DNA from: Eledone cirrhosa | Taxonomy: Eukaryota | NCBI GenBank assembly: GCA_964016885.1 | Contig: OZ024743.1 | Span: forward strand, 153,884,001 to 153,948,000 | Direction of reading: 5' to 3' | Length of the DNA stretch: 64,000 nucleotides | Part shown: positions 50,568-64,000 of the stretch, piece by piece | How positions within the stretch are numbered: position 1 is the stretch's first letter | How the letters are laid out: each line of letters opens with the position of its first letter | Translations under genes and position numbers: made by a program | The notes under the pieces: model-generated | Database searches by the model: none | Seen by the model: only the letters and a program-made list of their open reading frames with translations | Told to the model about the DNA's origin: nothing

Positions 50568-53334
50568 CTTCTTACCATTATTAATATACTCCCAACATAA
50601 TGTCTACCACTGGTAAACTCTCTCTCTCATAAGTTTTAGGTTCCCTCATACTGTGCAAAATATAATGTTACAGTGAAACTAATACATCTTGGAAATTGTC
50701 TCTGCTATCTCTTGTCCACTTTATATTCCTACCCTTGACCATTATTACATATTTTGCTTGTTTGTGTAGGAGTGTTAGTGTTTAAGAATGAACAATAATA
50801 TAGAAATATTTTACCATTATGGAAAACTATATTTACAAAATGATTTATATATCCTTCGAAGCTGATTTCACCACAGATTATCTGATGGCAACATATTTGT
50901 ATCTAGAAAGCTTAACTTAGCTAATAAAAAAATTATTTTCCATTATATCTCTGTCCATGTGTCAATGTCATTTATTACAATTACTACATTTGGTTTCCTC
51001 AGAAGCCTACTCCAACAAACATGCTGCTAGACTCTGACAATATCCATCAATTACATTTTAAGTAAAACTCTTTGGATGTTAAGATAACCATATAAGTTAT
51101 AAGATAACGTTTTTCTTAATGATGGTTATGTGTAAAATAAAACAAACAAGCGCAAGTTGAAGCCAGTCTACAGAATTCTTTATGTCCCCAGTGAGATTTT
51201 TTTTATCACTGTCACATTTACAAACATTGACTTGAAGCCTATCAGACTTTCTCTACTATATCAAGTGATGCTTCCTTTTCCATCATGACCAGCAGCACAC
51301 TATTTCTCTCTATAACCACTTTCACTTCATGTCTACATGTAATCATATTTGATTCTTTCTTTTACACACATTTTCAACTTATCCCAACATGGCAAAGCTA
51401 CTCAACAAAATCTAATCTCAGTCTGTGTCTTTGTAAGCCAAGTTTATGGCTTCTATTATCACCAAAATATCCTATCTAGAAAAGCAATTAATTTGAAATA
51501 AGACCAACATATATAATGTAAAAAAAAACAAATGCCAATAAATACACCTCCAAGTGGTCACTCGATCTGTTTAGAAATAACAGCTACATCCCACCCTAAC
51601 CATTTATTTATCATATTGCTAATTAAAGTCATGGCATAGAATTTTTAAAATACATTTGAAAATAAAACAGAATTTAAAGGAATTTAGTAATATAACAATC
51701 TTTCTCAATATCACTCTAATTTTTTAACATAACTTGACAAAGATACTCACACAAAATTATGATAGAAGTTATACACTAGGGAAATATACAGATATGTATT
51801 ATAGAGGTTATGCAGATTTACACGCAGTTTGGTATCATATATGGTAAATCACAATCTACCATATTTGATAATGAGAAGGAGCCTCAAATATGTGGTCAGC
51901 AAATTAATTACTCTTCTAGAGCCCTCCGCAGAACAATTTTCGTGACTAATATTTCCCTAAAAAGTTGGTAATTTGTATCTCACCCCTTCCATTCTCTTGC
52001 CTGTAATACGTTTCTTGGTTTGGATTAAAAAATGTTTTTTTTTAATTTTTGTTGAATATATACTATTTCTTTAAATGTGATAAAACTTTGAATTTGGTTT
52101 TTATGTTCCCTGTTCAATATTTATAGCAATGTTTATTGCAATTTATCTATTAAATACAATAAAATTAAAACAAAAATTGAATTTATCAAAAGTGAAAATA
52201 GAAAAAACAGGAATTTACCTAAAGTAAAAAGGAATTAATAAAAATTTGAAACAAAAAAAATTGTCCTACTACATTTTGTACTAATTCATGTATCCCACTT
52301 ACTATTAGGAGCATATTCATTTTGGTGAAAAATAAATAGATATATACCAGTCTATAAGCTATATTGCAAACTAGGATTATAACTAGTGGAAATCATGTAC
52401 CACCCATTCATCTCATTCATAGCTTATTATGCCTCTCCCCAGGCATAATGACCTGTTTGAATCCTTGAGTTTGAGACTCCTTCATTAGATAATGTATTTT
52501 TTATTCATCCCCCACAAAATAGGTAATACAGTTCTAGACAGCCCTAAAACATGGGACAGCCATCAAAAGTCTACACAATCAGTTTTGGGCTGGGACTTAA
52601 CAACAATAAAATCTAGAAGACTAGGAAATCATATTTGTATTGACACTCTAACTTATCACATTGACTCCCACAAAGAATGAGATCTGGAGATTAATATTTC
52701 TTACAAAACAACACTTGCAACTTGCTCAAACAAACTTACAATAAATAGCAACTGAATTTCTTTCAAACTTCTCTCTATCATCCAATAAATATGATAACCA
52801 AGGCATGGATATAATATGCACTAAAAGAAGATAGAGCAGTCATGATTGAAATGCTAGTCAACTCATGAAACATTGGCTGGCATAATCTTATATCTGGAAT
52901 AATAACTCAATGTGCATTGTATCTAATCATTTGATTGAATACTTGTGTGTCCTAGCCTGCTCATTTAAAACTAGAATTGCACATCATCATTATTTAACAT
53001 CTGTTTTTGTCAAATAATAACCATCAACATAAACAACTATTATTGCCATTATTAAACAATTAACTATGGTGATTATAATGTTGCAGCAGCTATAGGTGTT
53101 GATTTGGTGACAGTAAGTCTTCTTCTGCAAAAGTGTAATTTATTTATCCAGTAAATTCAGTTTCTATATTAGCTAACAAAGAAACCTCTATATTGTCGCA
53201 ACCTGATAAAACAGCAGCTAATTTTCTAAAAGTAGGAATGGATATATTTGATAATGTAAGCCAAGTTATTCAAAATGACGTGTTGGTCATGTTTGCAAAG
53301 TCTTTGATCATATATCAGTTAGATTATTGCTGAC

Positions 53335-53549
53335 TTAACTCTTTAGCATTCACATTACTCTATATATACTATTATATTTTCATGGTAAATGCTTTATCTC
53401 ACATAATATCGAATCTATGAGATTTTGAAAATATTTATTTTGAGAACAATACCATAACATCAGTATGAATAGCTGGTTACAGCCACTTTCAACAGAAAAA
53501 GGTAGAGAATTATGGCCGGTCTTGGTCGGTTTGAACATTAAAGGGGTAA
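53335..53549. mobile_element. Degenerate TTAA-flanked (piggyBac-like) MITE
   Basis: TTAACTCTTTAGCATTCA ... TGAACATTAAAGGGGTAA imperfect terminal inverted repeats. Confidence 0.45.
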
Positions 53550-53824
53550 GCCTAAACAACAACTCAAGCTTATACTAACAAACATTGACCTCTACTAACA
53601 ATTTAGGTTAATTTCATTTTAAGAGAACCCTTTGATTTAACTATCTTTATTCATAAATGAACTCTTTTATTAATAGAATGATTTATGTTTATCTCATATG
53701 TCTCTTTTCTTATGTTACTACATAATCCTTTCATTGCCACATTTCTAATGAAGTAATATTGTTGCCACTATAAAATGCATCCAGTCTACCCTGTAAGTTG
53801 GTAGTGCTAATGTCACAAGAGAGT

Positions 53825-54050
53825 TTATCTGAGGTCATTTGATCTGCTAAAAATATCTGTCAATTCTCCATCAAATTACATCTATGAACTTGAAAGAAGA
53901 ATAACACATTGGATAATGTAGTTCTGAAGCTATTATGTCTGAATAGAAAAAAAGGGCTGGTTAAATTTGAATTTTCTTTAATTATAGGTCTACTTAGCCA
54001 ATGAAGATTTGCACTAGGCCAAAACAACAACAGTAACAGTAACAACAACT
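53825..54050 (+). mobile_element. Old dispersed SINE-like repeat with (AAC)n tail
   Basis: GGTCA.T.GATCTG.T(T)AGAAAT.. and GATAATGTA.. motifs recur at ~51555 and ~53190. Confidence 0.35.
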
Positions 54051-54193
54051 CATATTAAGCAGTAAATGCTTTTTTTAATAATGGAATTACACAAAATTGA
54101 AGTTAGAAATAAATGTGTAATTGAGAAATGTTATCATAAAACAGACATACATTATGTATATAGTTTTCTATATAACCAAATGAAAAATATATT

Positions 54194-54252
<59 letters not shown>

Positions 54253-55286
54253 AGAGAGATAGAGAGAAAGAGCCATATATTGAATAAGAAACACGGTATA
54301 TTGTATGTATACCAAATACACATTCTATAGAGGAATATGTACACAGGTGGAATCATAAGAAAAACCTTATAGTGCTATTTCATGCCTGGAGGGTGTAGCT
54401 CAAAATCAATCTATGTAAATGATCATCGAAAAATCAATCAATATAATCGATCTGTAGTGCCCTACATTTCGCGGGCTCACATACATTCTCAGCCAATCAG
54501 TGCCAGGAGAAGAGGATGTATCCCTACGCGTTCTGAGGGAGAAATAGCCCGCGAAGATTTGAGGAATCTCACACTTGCAGCTTGACCATGCTAAGGTAAA
54601 CACGACTTGTTCTTTTGCTCTGTAAGCACAAACAATATGTAACGACAAAACATTACTACGGCCTGGCCAAACGCCTCAGCCAGTCGACCGTATTTTCTAT
54701 TGTAATCTTAATTGAATTATTTCATTTCTCTCGGCACGCCAGCTTAATTCACTTCTTAACCTTTCTTAATAAATAATGTAAAAACAAGCTAAAGTCGTTG
54801 TCGATATTCTTATCATATCTTTCTACCAAACCTGGTTCCTCGTGGCGACATTACAACACTTTCTAAAATATACTTCTCTGCTAAAGATCATTGAAGACAA
54901 ACTATCGATTATGATTAAACCATATGTGACACAGGTACTCATCAGAGGTTTGTCTCACCATTCTAATGGAAATATAGTATGAAGATGGTAAATTAGACTT
55001 ACCAATATCTACAGCTGTGTCCAACACGATGGTCATGCATGGTGAAATCACGTTAAACCCAAGGAAATTAGATACCACTGCTAGAAATAGGAGCAGGGTT
55101 TATAGCCCCCAAGTTCAACAAGTTGAGAGATTTGGAGCCGTTAAATACAAATAATGAATCAAAACATATCAAATATGTTTAGAATTTTGTGTTTCTCTGG
55201 CGTAGAGGACATATCACTGATTCAAGATTAAACTATAAAATAAATATTCTCAGCTACACTTACCACACACTCTTATGCATTACAAA

Positions 55287-55331
<45 letters not shown>

Positions 55332-57333
55332 TTTCACACCAAGAACTCTGCAGTGAATAATCAATTTAAATACTTTGATATTTGACTTTTCTCTAACAGT
55401 GGTCTCTATTCATCTAAACTTGTTAAATTATCTCATATGTGTACTGTTTCAACTTAAAACTATTTGATTTGTGTAGTCTCTTCACACCTCATTGAAAGCC
55501 TTTCAGGACTCATTAGAATTTGCTGAACATTTTCTCTGTACACGTCTGTACAATCTTCTTTGTTTTCATTTACCAAATTTGATCATCATGATTTCAAAAT
55601 GACAATCAACCACATGACAGACACGAAGATTTATTGCATCTGGGGGGCTAGGAAGATCTGTAGATATTTAACAGCAGTACTTTGGACAAATTAATATAAC
55701 AGGAATAAGCGCTACAATAGTTGTCTTTAATAAAAAGTGTCCATATTCTAACCCCTGGTTAATTTCTAGCAGAGTATACTCTCTTGCAGGTATCTAGTCA
55801 AGACCTTCCATGTGAAAAATAAATAGATTGTGTGCATAGCCATAATGATGCTTTGCACATTGATTGGTTTTGGGGTATGTTCAAAATCTACAATAGTTAT
55901 CTATCATGTTGTACATTACTCTTGTTTCTATTTTAAAACAATTAATGAGATTAAACTCTCTTTAGGAAAAATAACTCAATACTGAGTCAACATGATATTC
56001 TGTACATGGCCATCTCACAGACTAATTAAAATTACTAAATATCCAACAACTCACACTCCATCAGAAGAACATACAGATTATATGGTTCACTATACTTTAA
56101 CAAAAGAAAGAACCCTCTTGTCTACAGACTAGAGGATCTGGAAAGTTTAAAATGACTGTCCCTCTTTTCCAGATTAAACATTCTAAACCACAAAGTGTTG
56201 ACGAAATGTAAATTGCATTAGCTAAAGTGGAGGTGGTATAGAGTTTAAGAAAGATAGCAGGCGTATAATTCTCAAAGTCGATGAATTTTTATATCTGGCA
56301 AATAGTAGGATGGTCTACTTTAAATAAAATGTTCTATTGTAAACAGAATCACTATTATCACCACACTCATGACAAATAGCAACCAGCCTGGATTTTACCC
56401 AATCGGCCTTAGATTTATCTAATTGTGCCGCATGGTTCTAGATTAGATGCAAAGAAGGCATGTGTGGAATAATGTACCTGTGGTTTAAGTCTTGTCATTC
56501 AATCTGTTCGATCAGTACTTAATTCAGCTACACAATAGGATTCACCTCATCATTACAATCAAATCAATATAATCTTTATGGTTTTCTTTTTTTGTGGAAG
56601 CCTCCATTATATAATATATCATCTTGTTTCCTTTTCCTCTAAACTTATATCCACTTCATCAGTATTATATCCATTTAATGTCCATCTTTATTTTCAATAG
56701 TTTCGTGTTTCTCTTTGTATGTTTCTGCTCCCCTACTTAAATACTTTAAAACTGTATTTTCTCCATATCACTATTCTTAATGCACATCACATTCTCTTTG
56801 GAATTTACAATGTGCAGTTTTCCTTTCTAATGGCAATTCTAATCTAAAACAACCTTAAAGACTCTTGCTATATTTCCCACTGCAATATTCAGTTGTATCA
56901 ATCACTCTAAAAGACAATTGTGCCAGTTTGGCATGTCGTAAAATCCAAATTCAAAGAATTAGGTTAAGTAAAACTTAAGTATTTCATATGCTTAAAAGAT
57001 ATACATGATTCCTGTTGATATATACAGATAAATCAGTCAACTGTCAAATATCTGAAGCAATAAAAAAAAAACCTTGTGACTGACAAAACAATATTCTATA
57101 CTTTACCTTTAGAGACTCTCATATCATCCTTACCTAAGTGAATTATAAATGAGAGTGCATTAGTCCTATTTACCAAATGTACAAGCGTTTAAACTTGGTT
57201 TTATAGACCTGAGCTTGTATATTACCCCTTTGAGTGTAGCGTTATCATATATAGTTTAATGGTGTATGAGTGCTAGCTAGTAAAAGTAACCTAAGGAATA
57301 TAGATTTGAACTAAAAGGCTGTATCAGAAGAAT

Positions 57334-57378
<45 letters not shown>

Positions 57379-57381
<3 letters not shown>

Positions 57382-57707
57382 TCATCATCATCATCATCAT
57401 CATCATTTTACATCCGCTTCTCCCTGCTTGCAAGGGTTGGACGGGAACTGATTCTGGCTTGATTTCTACAGCTGGATGCCCTTCCTAACACCAACCTCAT
57501 TTACAGTGAGTGCTGGGTGCTTTTTTTCTGTGGCGCCTACACGTCCACTTTACAGTGTGGGCTGGGTGCTTTTTTGGCGTGGCACCTCTACGACCACGCT
57601 GCAGTGGAAATGATAGGGACCCCAGTCCAATCATCTCATTTCTACAGCTGATTAAACTGGAGCAATGTGAAATAAAGTGTTTTGCTCAAGGAAACAACAC
57701 ATCACCC
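57379..57707 (-). mobile_element. SINE family B lacking its head, with a short internal duplication
   Basis: Highly similar to 14123-14405; TTTACAGTG.G.GCTGGGTGCTTTTT..GTGGC unit occurs twice. Confidence 0.9.
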
Positions 57708-57834
57708 ATTCATATATATATTGTTATATATATATATACATACATACATTATATATATATATATATGTATATATATATCATCATCGTTTAACGTCTATTT
57801 TCCACGCTATATATACATATATATATGTATCAGT

Positions 57835-58458
57835 CGAGAGATATCCACACTGTTATCCTTCTCTTCTCCACTTTTTGCCCGACCTCACCTTGAATACCGT
57901 TGTCCACTGTGGTCAGCCCACACGAAATAATGTATCATGAAAGTTGAAGCACCCCAAGTTCGATTACAAAAAAGATAAATAGCATGATAGGCATTGACTA
58001 TTGGAGTCAATTAGAAAAGCTCAACCTTTATTCTCTCCAACGTCGCTGTGAGCGCTACATTATCTGCATGATGTGGAAAATATTCCATCAGCTTTGCCCA
58101 AATGATGTTGGCATCACCTTTAAAATACACCCACGGCTTGGGCTCCGTGCTATCCGCCCATGACAAAAATATCACTCGCATCTCATAACAACAATACGGC
58201 ACAATTATTTGACCTCAATTGGCCCTGCTCTCTTTAACATTACACCAAAAACACATCAGAACAGAAACAGACCCCATCAAGTTTAAGAAATCCCGGATAA
58301 GCCTTCTACACCTGGATATGCCTCCGTAAACAATAACTCTCTGCTCGAGTGGGCCATGGTGCCCAAACTCTGATTTGTTAGATTTAGCCAGGTGGTGCTA
58401 TTAAGTTAGACATGGCCTGGACCAATACTGGCTGAAACCTATCAAAGTTATCAAAGTT
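57835..58458 (+). mobile_element. CR1/L2-group LINE 3' fragment
   Basis: RPHLEYRCPLWS, LEKLNL.SLQRRCERY..MWKI; tail (ATCAAAGTT)2. Confidence 0.78.
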
Positions 58459-58639
58459 ATATATATATATATATATACATATGTATGTGTGTATATATAC
58501 ATATGTGTGTGTGTAAAATTAATTATTTTAAGTATTACAACAGTACGTGAAATCAGTGTTTAAAATAGTTTTCCTTATCATTAAACTAATGAAAGCTAAT
58601 TATCTCATACATTATTAAATACATAACAAACATACAGCC

Positions 58640-60400
58640 AACACGTTCCAGGCCTGGAGCAATGATATATTGATGCTGTATGGGCTTCACAAAACCAATT
58701 CAAATGTCACCAGCTTATGTTCTGAATGCGTTGAAGTAGCTGAGTGTAGCTGCCATCAAGGTGCTTTTGTTGTTTGGATGAAAGCATCCATGCTTCACTT
58801 CCATATATTAAGATTACTTGGAAGAGTCTGATATTGGTGTGATTGGAAAGATTTGAGTGCCAAACTGGATCCATCTTGTTGCAAGCTGACCATGCTTGGG
58901 CTTTTCTGGTGGCAGAACCTTCCCAGAGTCTATGATCCAGGAACCAAAATACTTTAAATTCTTGACTTGCTTGATATCACTGCTGTTGATTGCTTTGATG
59001 TTGTTGCCGGTACAGTTTGATATGTACTCTGTTTTACCCTCATTGAGATGGAGGCCAACAAGGGAGGCTGCTTCTTGGAGAGCTGTGAAAAGTTGTTGTG
59101 CATCTTTTAGGCGATCTACAAGAAGCACAATGTCATCCACAAAGTCAAGGTCAGTGAGATGTTTAGAGTGGTGCCTAGAGCTCATGCGAGATTTGATGGT
59201 TAAACCTTTATTATTGATTTTTTCAATTGAGAGTCTCAGCGCGTAGTCTAGTGCAATAATAAAGAGAAATGGGGCAAGAGTGTCACTTGCAGCACTTCTG
59301 CTGAGATGTCAAAGAACTCTGTTGCACCATCAGGAGTGATGATAGTAGCACTTGTGCTGAGATTCAGAGCCTTAATTGCTTCCACAAGTCTTGCTGGGAT
59401 GCCATACAAGGGTAGAATTTCAAACAAATGTCTCTGTTTATGCTGTCAAAGGCTTTTCTAACTTCCACAAAAAACTAGAGCCATTTGTCTGTTGGAGTTT
59501 CTCATCTCTTCCACTACTCTTCTCAAGGCAAAAATCTGTGCAAGTGTAGATCTACCACGCGTAAAACCATTTTAGTTAATGTGAAGGATTGGATCAACAT
59601 ACGGAACTATATGGTTGAGTATTAGCTTGTTATAGATCTTGGCAGCATTGGGCATAAATGATATTGCCCGGTAGTTTTGGGGGGATGCGAAGTCACCCTT
59701 TTTGGGGACAGGAACTATGCCTGCTTTTAGCCAACTTGTTGGAGGAGATTTGTTGCTTAATATGTCATTGCAGATTGAGAATAGTACTGAAGTAAGGTTT
59801 GGGTCTTTCAAAATCATACTGGGTATGTTGTCAAGACTGGTCGATACCACAGACTTTCGGAGATCACCTTCTACAGGCGATGGTTCGCCCATTAGACTCT
59901 TGAAGTGGTCAGTCCAGCTCTTTTTCCTAGCTTCTTGAGATCCTCCTTTGATGGTGGGTGAAGGCTTCACTTTTCTGCCAGTGAATTGATTAGAGCCCAT
60001 GTGGTTGCGTACTATTTGTTTATGTGAAAGGTCTTAAATTTGTTTACTTTTCCTTCTACATATTCTGCAAGAGCAGTTAGTACACCTCAGCGAGGTATTT
60101 TTTGCATTGGGTCATTTCGCTTTTCAGTAAACTAGTTGGATTTGTGTTGTACTGAGAAGAAAGATTTTGCAATTTTTCGTGCAGTGACGATACTAAGATA
60201 TGTGAACTCAATTTCGTGAGCTTCCTTTTGGTCTTTTTGAGTAAGCTGGAAAGAGCAACTTCCTCATTTGCAACAATTAGGTTGGAGTATTTAGTCTCAA
60301 TGGAATCATAAGTGTAAGATAGCTAGAAAACCTATTGTAGACACTAATTGCCTACTAGCTGGGGAGCTCCTTATTTGATTACACTAACCTCCAGTAAATT
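58640..60400 (-). mobile_element. RTE-group LINE (different family), degraded
   Basis: IVPVPKKGD..NYRAIS..AAKIYNK, TLAPFLFIIALDY, TDLDFVDDIVLL, GLHLNEGKTE, KYFGS. Confidence 0.88.
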
Positions 60401-60841
60401 TGTTTCTTAGGATCAGTGAGGACTTTCGTAAGAGCATGAAGAGTAACTGTAGAAGAGACAATCCTGTGATCAAATCCCATGTTGAAGAAGGGGGAATATG
60501 TTTCAGAGTCAAGTACAGTATTTTGACATTTTTTCCAAAATAATATATAACCCAATTGAGCTCTACTACCATCCGGCTGTTTCGACAGCTAGATCTGAAA
60601 TATATATATATATATACATATATAGTAGTGTAGTTAATACAAAGCACTGTGTGATATGTAGTAAATGACCGATTAAAAACTGATTGTCAAGGGAGTATGA
60701 GAGACTTAAAAATCGATCGGATAGTTTGGAGGCAGATTTAAGTTAAAATTTAACTTTGTTATCATGGCAATTTAACATTCTTCAGACGCATTGTTTTGGT
60801 TTTCAAAATCTAAATTTCTGTTTATATATATATAATAATAA

Positions 60842-60877
<36 letters not shown>

Positions 60878-60878
<1 letters not shown>

Positions 60879-61375
60879 TGAGAAATGGTATGAGCATAGG
60901 CCAGAGGCGGTGATGGAGAACAGTCAGGTGAAGGTGCTGTGGGATTTTAGGATACAGACGGACAAAAAACTGGAACACAATAGACCTGACCTGGTGGTTG
61001 TGGACAAAGAAAAAAGATCGTGCCTGATTGTGGATGTGGCCTGCCCGTTCGACACGAGAGTGCAAGAGAAGGAGAGGGAGAAAATTAACCGATACCAGGA
61101 CCTAAAGTGGGAGGTGAAAAGGATTTGGAACTGCCATGAAGTCAAAGTGATCCCGATTGTCATAGGCGCACTGGGGACTATCTCCAAAGGTTTCCAGGGA
61201 TGGTTAAAGAAAATCGGCCCCTTCACGCTTTTTGGAACGCTTCAAAAGGCATGCTTGCTTGGAACGGCAAGAACCCTCCGATACGTCCTGAATATCTGAG
61301 GCTGCAGGTAGTGGCTTGATATTCAATCCAACGGACTTTCCAGTTAACCAACATCAATGACTGAGATTCAGGGAA
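60878..61375 (+). mobile_element. 5'-truncated R4/Dong copy within (TAA)n; RLE domain ORF 60910-61299 is open
   Basis: LWDFRIQTD..NRPDLVV..VDVACPFD..EKINRYQDL..PIVIGALG; same family as 40772-41275; TAA repeats on both sides. Confidence 0.93.
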
Positions 61376-61403
61376 TAACAATAACAATAATAATAATAAT
61401 AAT

Positions 61404-64000
61404 GATTTCTTTATTAACCACAAGGGTTTACATAAAGTAGACATTAAGGACAGTGCAGGACAATGCAGGAGGTACAAATGGGCATTTCTGCGTGTAAAAA
61501 ACAAAAACAGAGGATGTAACAAAAAATAACAATGAAAAATTCCCCAATAGAGGGGAGACTTCGGAGGGACATTTGTGGAGAAAGCCTAGTAAAAAGCCAC
61601 AATGACCCTGACCACCAAGGCAAGTGCCCTCTCCCAGTTTTCCACCTTTAATTTACAGATACGTACTCAGAGTAGGCCCATTCACTCGGGCCATTCTTGC
61701 TTCTCTCACCCATCTTTCAACAAAATGCTGGGAAGAGAGCACTTCCCTCTCTACTCTGATTTTCCTTTTCAAATGAAATTTGAAAAAGTCAATCAGAGCA
61801 TCACCGAAGAGGTAAGTGCTCGTCTTCAGCCCTTTCAAACGTGTCCACCATACTATCTCTTTCGCCATGGCCACCAGACAGATAAAAACTGTCTGCCCTT
61901 CCCGGCTAAAGGAGGAGGGCGGGGCAATCCTCACAATGGACTCAGATGATAGCCGGATCCGTCCTAAACGCGACAGCAGGTGTTCGACATAAACCCATAA
62001 GTCAGCAATTTTCGGACACTGGACGAGTGCGTGCAGGACGGTTTCGTCGCCCTGCTCGCATCTCGGACATGCCCGGCTGACGGCACCTCCATGCCTGTAG
62101 AGTTTATCCCGAACTGGCAAGGCTTCTCGGTAGCACTGCCAGGCCAGAGATTTCTGGAAGTTGTCCATAGGTCCCGGCCCGAAAGTTCTTCTGAAGAGAT
62201 TGGCTAGTTGATTTTCGTCGACGCCTAGAGTTTCCCCAAGTACGACGTCGCGCTTCCTCTCCACTAATCCTCTATAGAACACCGAGGTGGAGTTTCCACC
62301 GATCACATTGCCCGATTGGTCGAGGGCTGTGAGCGCCTGAAGACATTCCAGTCTCCAGGCGCTCCCCCTCGGTCTTCGCTTGACCCAGGACTGCAGCTCC
62401 GTCAAGGAAACGAGCTGGGGAAATACCTGTCTAGCAAACGGCGACTACACCTGATCACCGTCGAGGAAGAGGTGGAGATGTCGTAGCCTGAGCGCGTGCC
62501 TGCGCATCATCAGCCACGGCATGCCCAGCCCTCTACGTAGCGGGTGTTGACAACAGATGGACCGCCTGACCATCGGAGCGCGTCCCTTCCACAAAAAGCG
62601 AAAGAGCAAACGCTCCAGCGCAGTCAGGCGAGGCTTAGGAGAAGGCACGACGGTCAGGCGGTAGCAGATGACGGACGCGATGTACGCGTTAGCCACCTCC
62701 GCTCGACCTTTCAGGGATAGCTTCCTCTCGGCCCATTTCTGGGTGAGAGAAGCCACCCTGCTCGTCACCTCGTCCCAGTTTTTGTCCGTCTGGAGGTCCG
62801 GACCGAACCAGACCCCTAGCAATTTAACCGGTCCGTCCGTCCAGCGTCCGATGACGCTGTTGGACGGCATGGACCTGCCTCTCCAGGTGCCGAGCTGCAG
62901 GCCCACCGACTTTTCCTGGTTGATCAGTGCTCCTGTCACCGCTTCGTATTCTCTTAGTGTAGTGCCGATCGCCTCGATGTGTTTGGCGCTCGACACCACT
63001 ACGGTGACATCGTCCGCATATGCTGACACTGATCTTCCGCATCCTAGTTCGCGCGGGACTCCCCTCAACGTCTCCAGTTTGTGCAGTAATGGCTCGTGAG
63101 TCAATGCGTACAAGAGGGACGAGAGGGGACATCCTTGGCGGACCGAGCGCATGATGTTGAACGGTTCCGACAGGTGACCGTTCACTCTCACCACAGAGCA
63201 GATGTCGCTGTGCATGGCAGCGATCCAGCCTCTGAAGACGGGCCCAAAGCCAGCCGCCCTTAGGACGGCCGCTAGGTAACGATGGTCGACCCTATCGAAA
63301 GCTTTCGACTGATCTAAATTGATCAAGGACCCACCCGTGCCAGGTTCCTTAGCTACCCTCTCTATGATGTATCGCATGAGGTGGAGGTTGTCGTGGATGG
63401 ATCTGTCGGGAATGGCACATGTCTGCGCCTCTCCCACCAGACCACCAACGACAAGCGCCAACCTCTTTGCTAGCACCTTGGCCAAAATCTTGAACTCTGT
63501 GTTTAGCAGAGTTATGGGCCGGAAATTATCTATGTTATCCCCCTTGTTCGGATCCTTTCTCAGCAGTGCCACCGCTCCTCGGCTCACAGAACTGGGAATT
63601 CTCCCGTTCTGTTGCCAGTTGCAGTAGACGTCCGCCAAGAGGCCTCTGAACAAGTCTGGCATCTGTACGTAAAGTTCATAGGGCAGACCATCCAAACCAG
63701 GCGATTTACCCCTTGTGCAGCCAGTCATTGCCTCCCTTACTTCAGCGGCTGTTATCGGCTTTTCGCAACACCTCGCCTCAGTGGCCGAGAGCCGCGGCAG
63801 TCCATGGAGGTAGACACTAAATCCATCCCTCTACCCGGCCCACCGCTTCCCCCGAACAGCTGAGCGAAGTGTCGCTGAAAAGCTTCACACATTTGCCCGG
63901 GATCGAGTAGCATGCGCCCGTCGTGGTCCACCAAAGACCGGATCGTGGCTTTGTTGCCACGACGCGCCTCCGCCACTCGGGCCCATTGAACGGCTTTCGT
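61404..64000 (-). mobile_element. Least decayed Tx1 LINE copy (3' 2.6 kb, runs off the window)
   Basis: 427-aa RT ORF (KSPGLDG, FRPITLLN, QGCPLS, AYADD) and 250-aa C-terminal ORF (CPRC..ETVLHALVQCP) separated by one stop; 3'UTR, AATAAA, TTA tail. Confidence 0.95.

Noticed and set aside
49600-57300. Long AT-rich stretch scanned for host exons
   Set aside because: No ORF with recognisable homology or convincing paired splice sites; only old repeat remnants.
60735-60790. Minus-strand CTGAAGA followed by a hairpin
   Set aside because: No GAAA and no convincing stem I.

Overview
AT-rich, microsatellite-dense animal genomic DNA made mostly of nested, decayed transposable elements. The SINE types and repeat landscape suggest a coleoid cephalopod such as Octopus (inference). 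No host gene is confidently identifiable; there is one weak candidate terminal exon at 20137-20205. Contents: a Helitron relic (5' TC end at 5218), many RTE-clade LINE pieces, R4/Dong restriction-like-endonuclease LINEs, several Tx1-clade LINE copies, CRE-like and Penelope-like (GIY-YIG) fragments, a CR1/L2-type tail, two tRNA-derived SINE families and a bipartite RTE-derived short element. Most notable: (i) five hammerhead-ribozyme motifs at 15.8-17.8 kb, four of them in the arms of two long foldback elements; (ii) a (TTA)n-associated group of Tx1, Dong and a SINE whose 3' end resembles the Tx1 3' end; (iii) a non-autonomous RTE derivative with an intact 35-aa C2H2 zinc-finger micro-ORF in two copies; (iv) a twin-priming-like inversion in a Tx1 copy. 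All calls come from manual reading and many boundaries are approximate.
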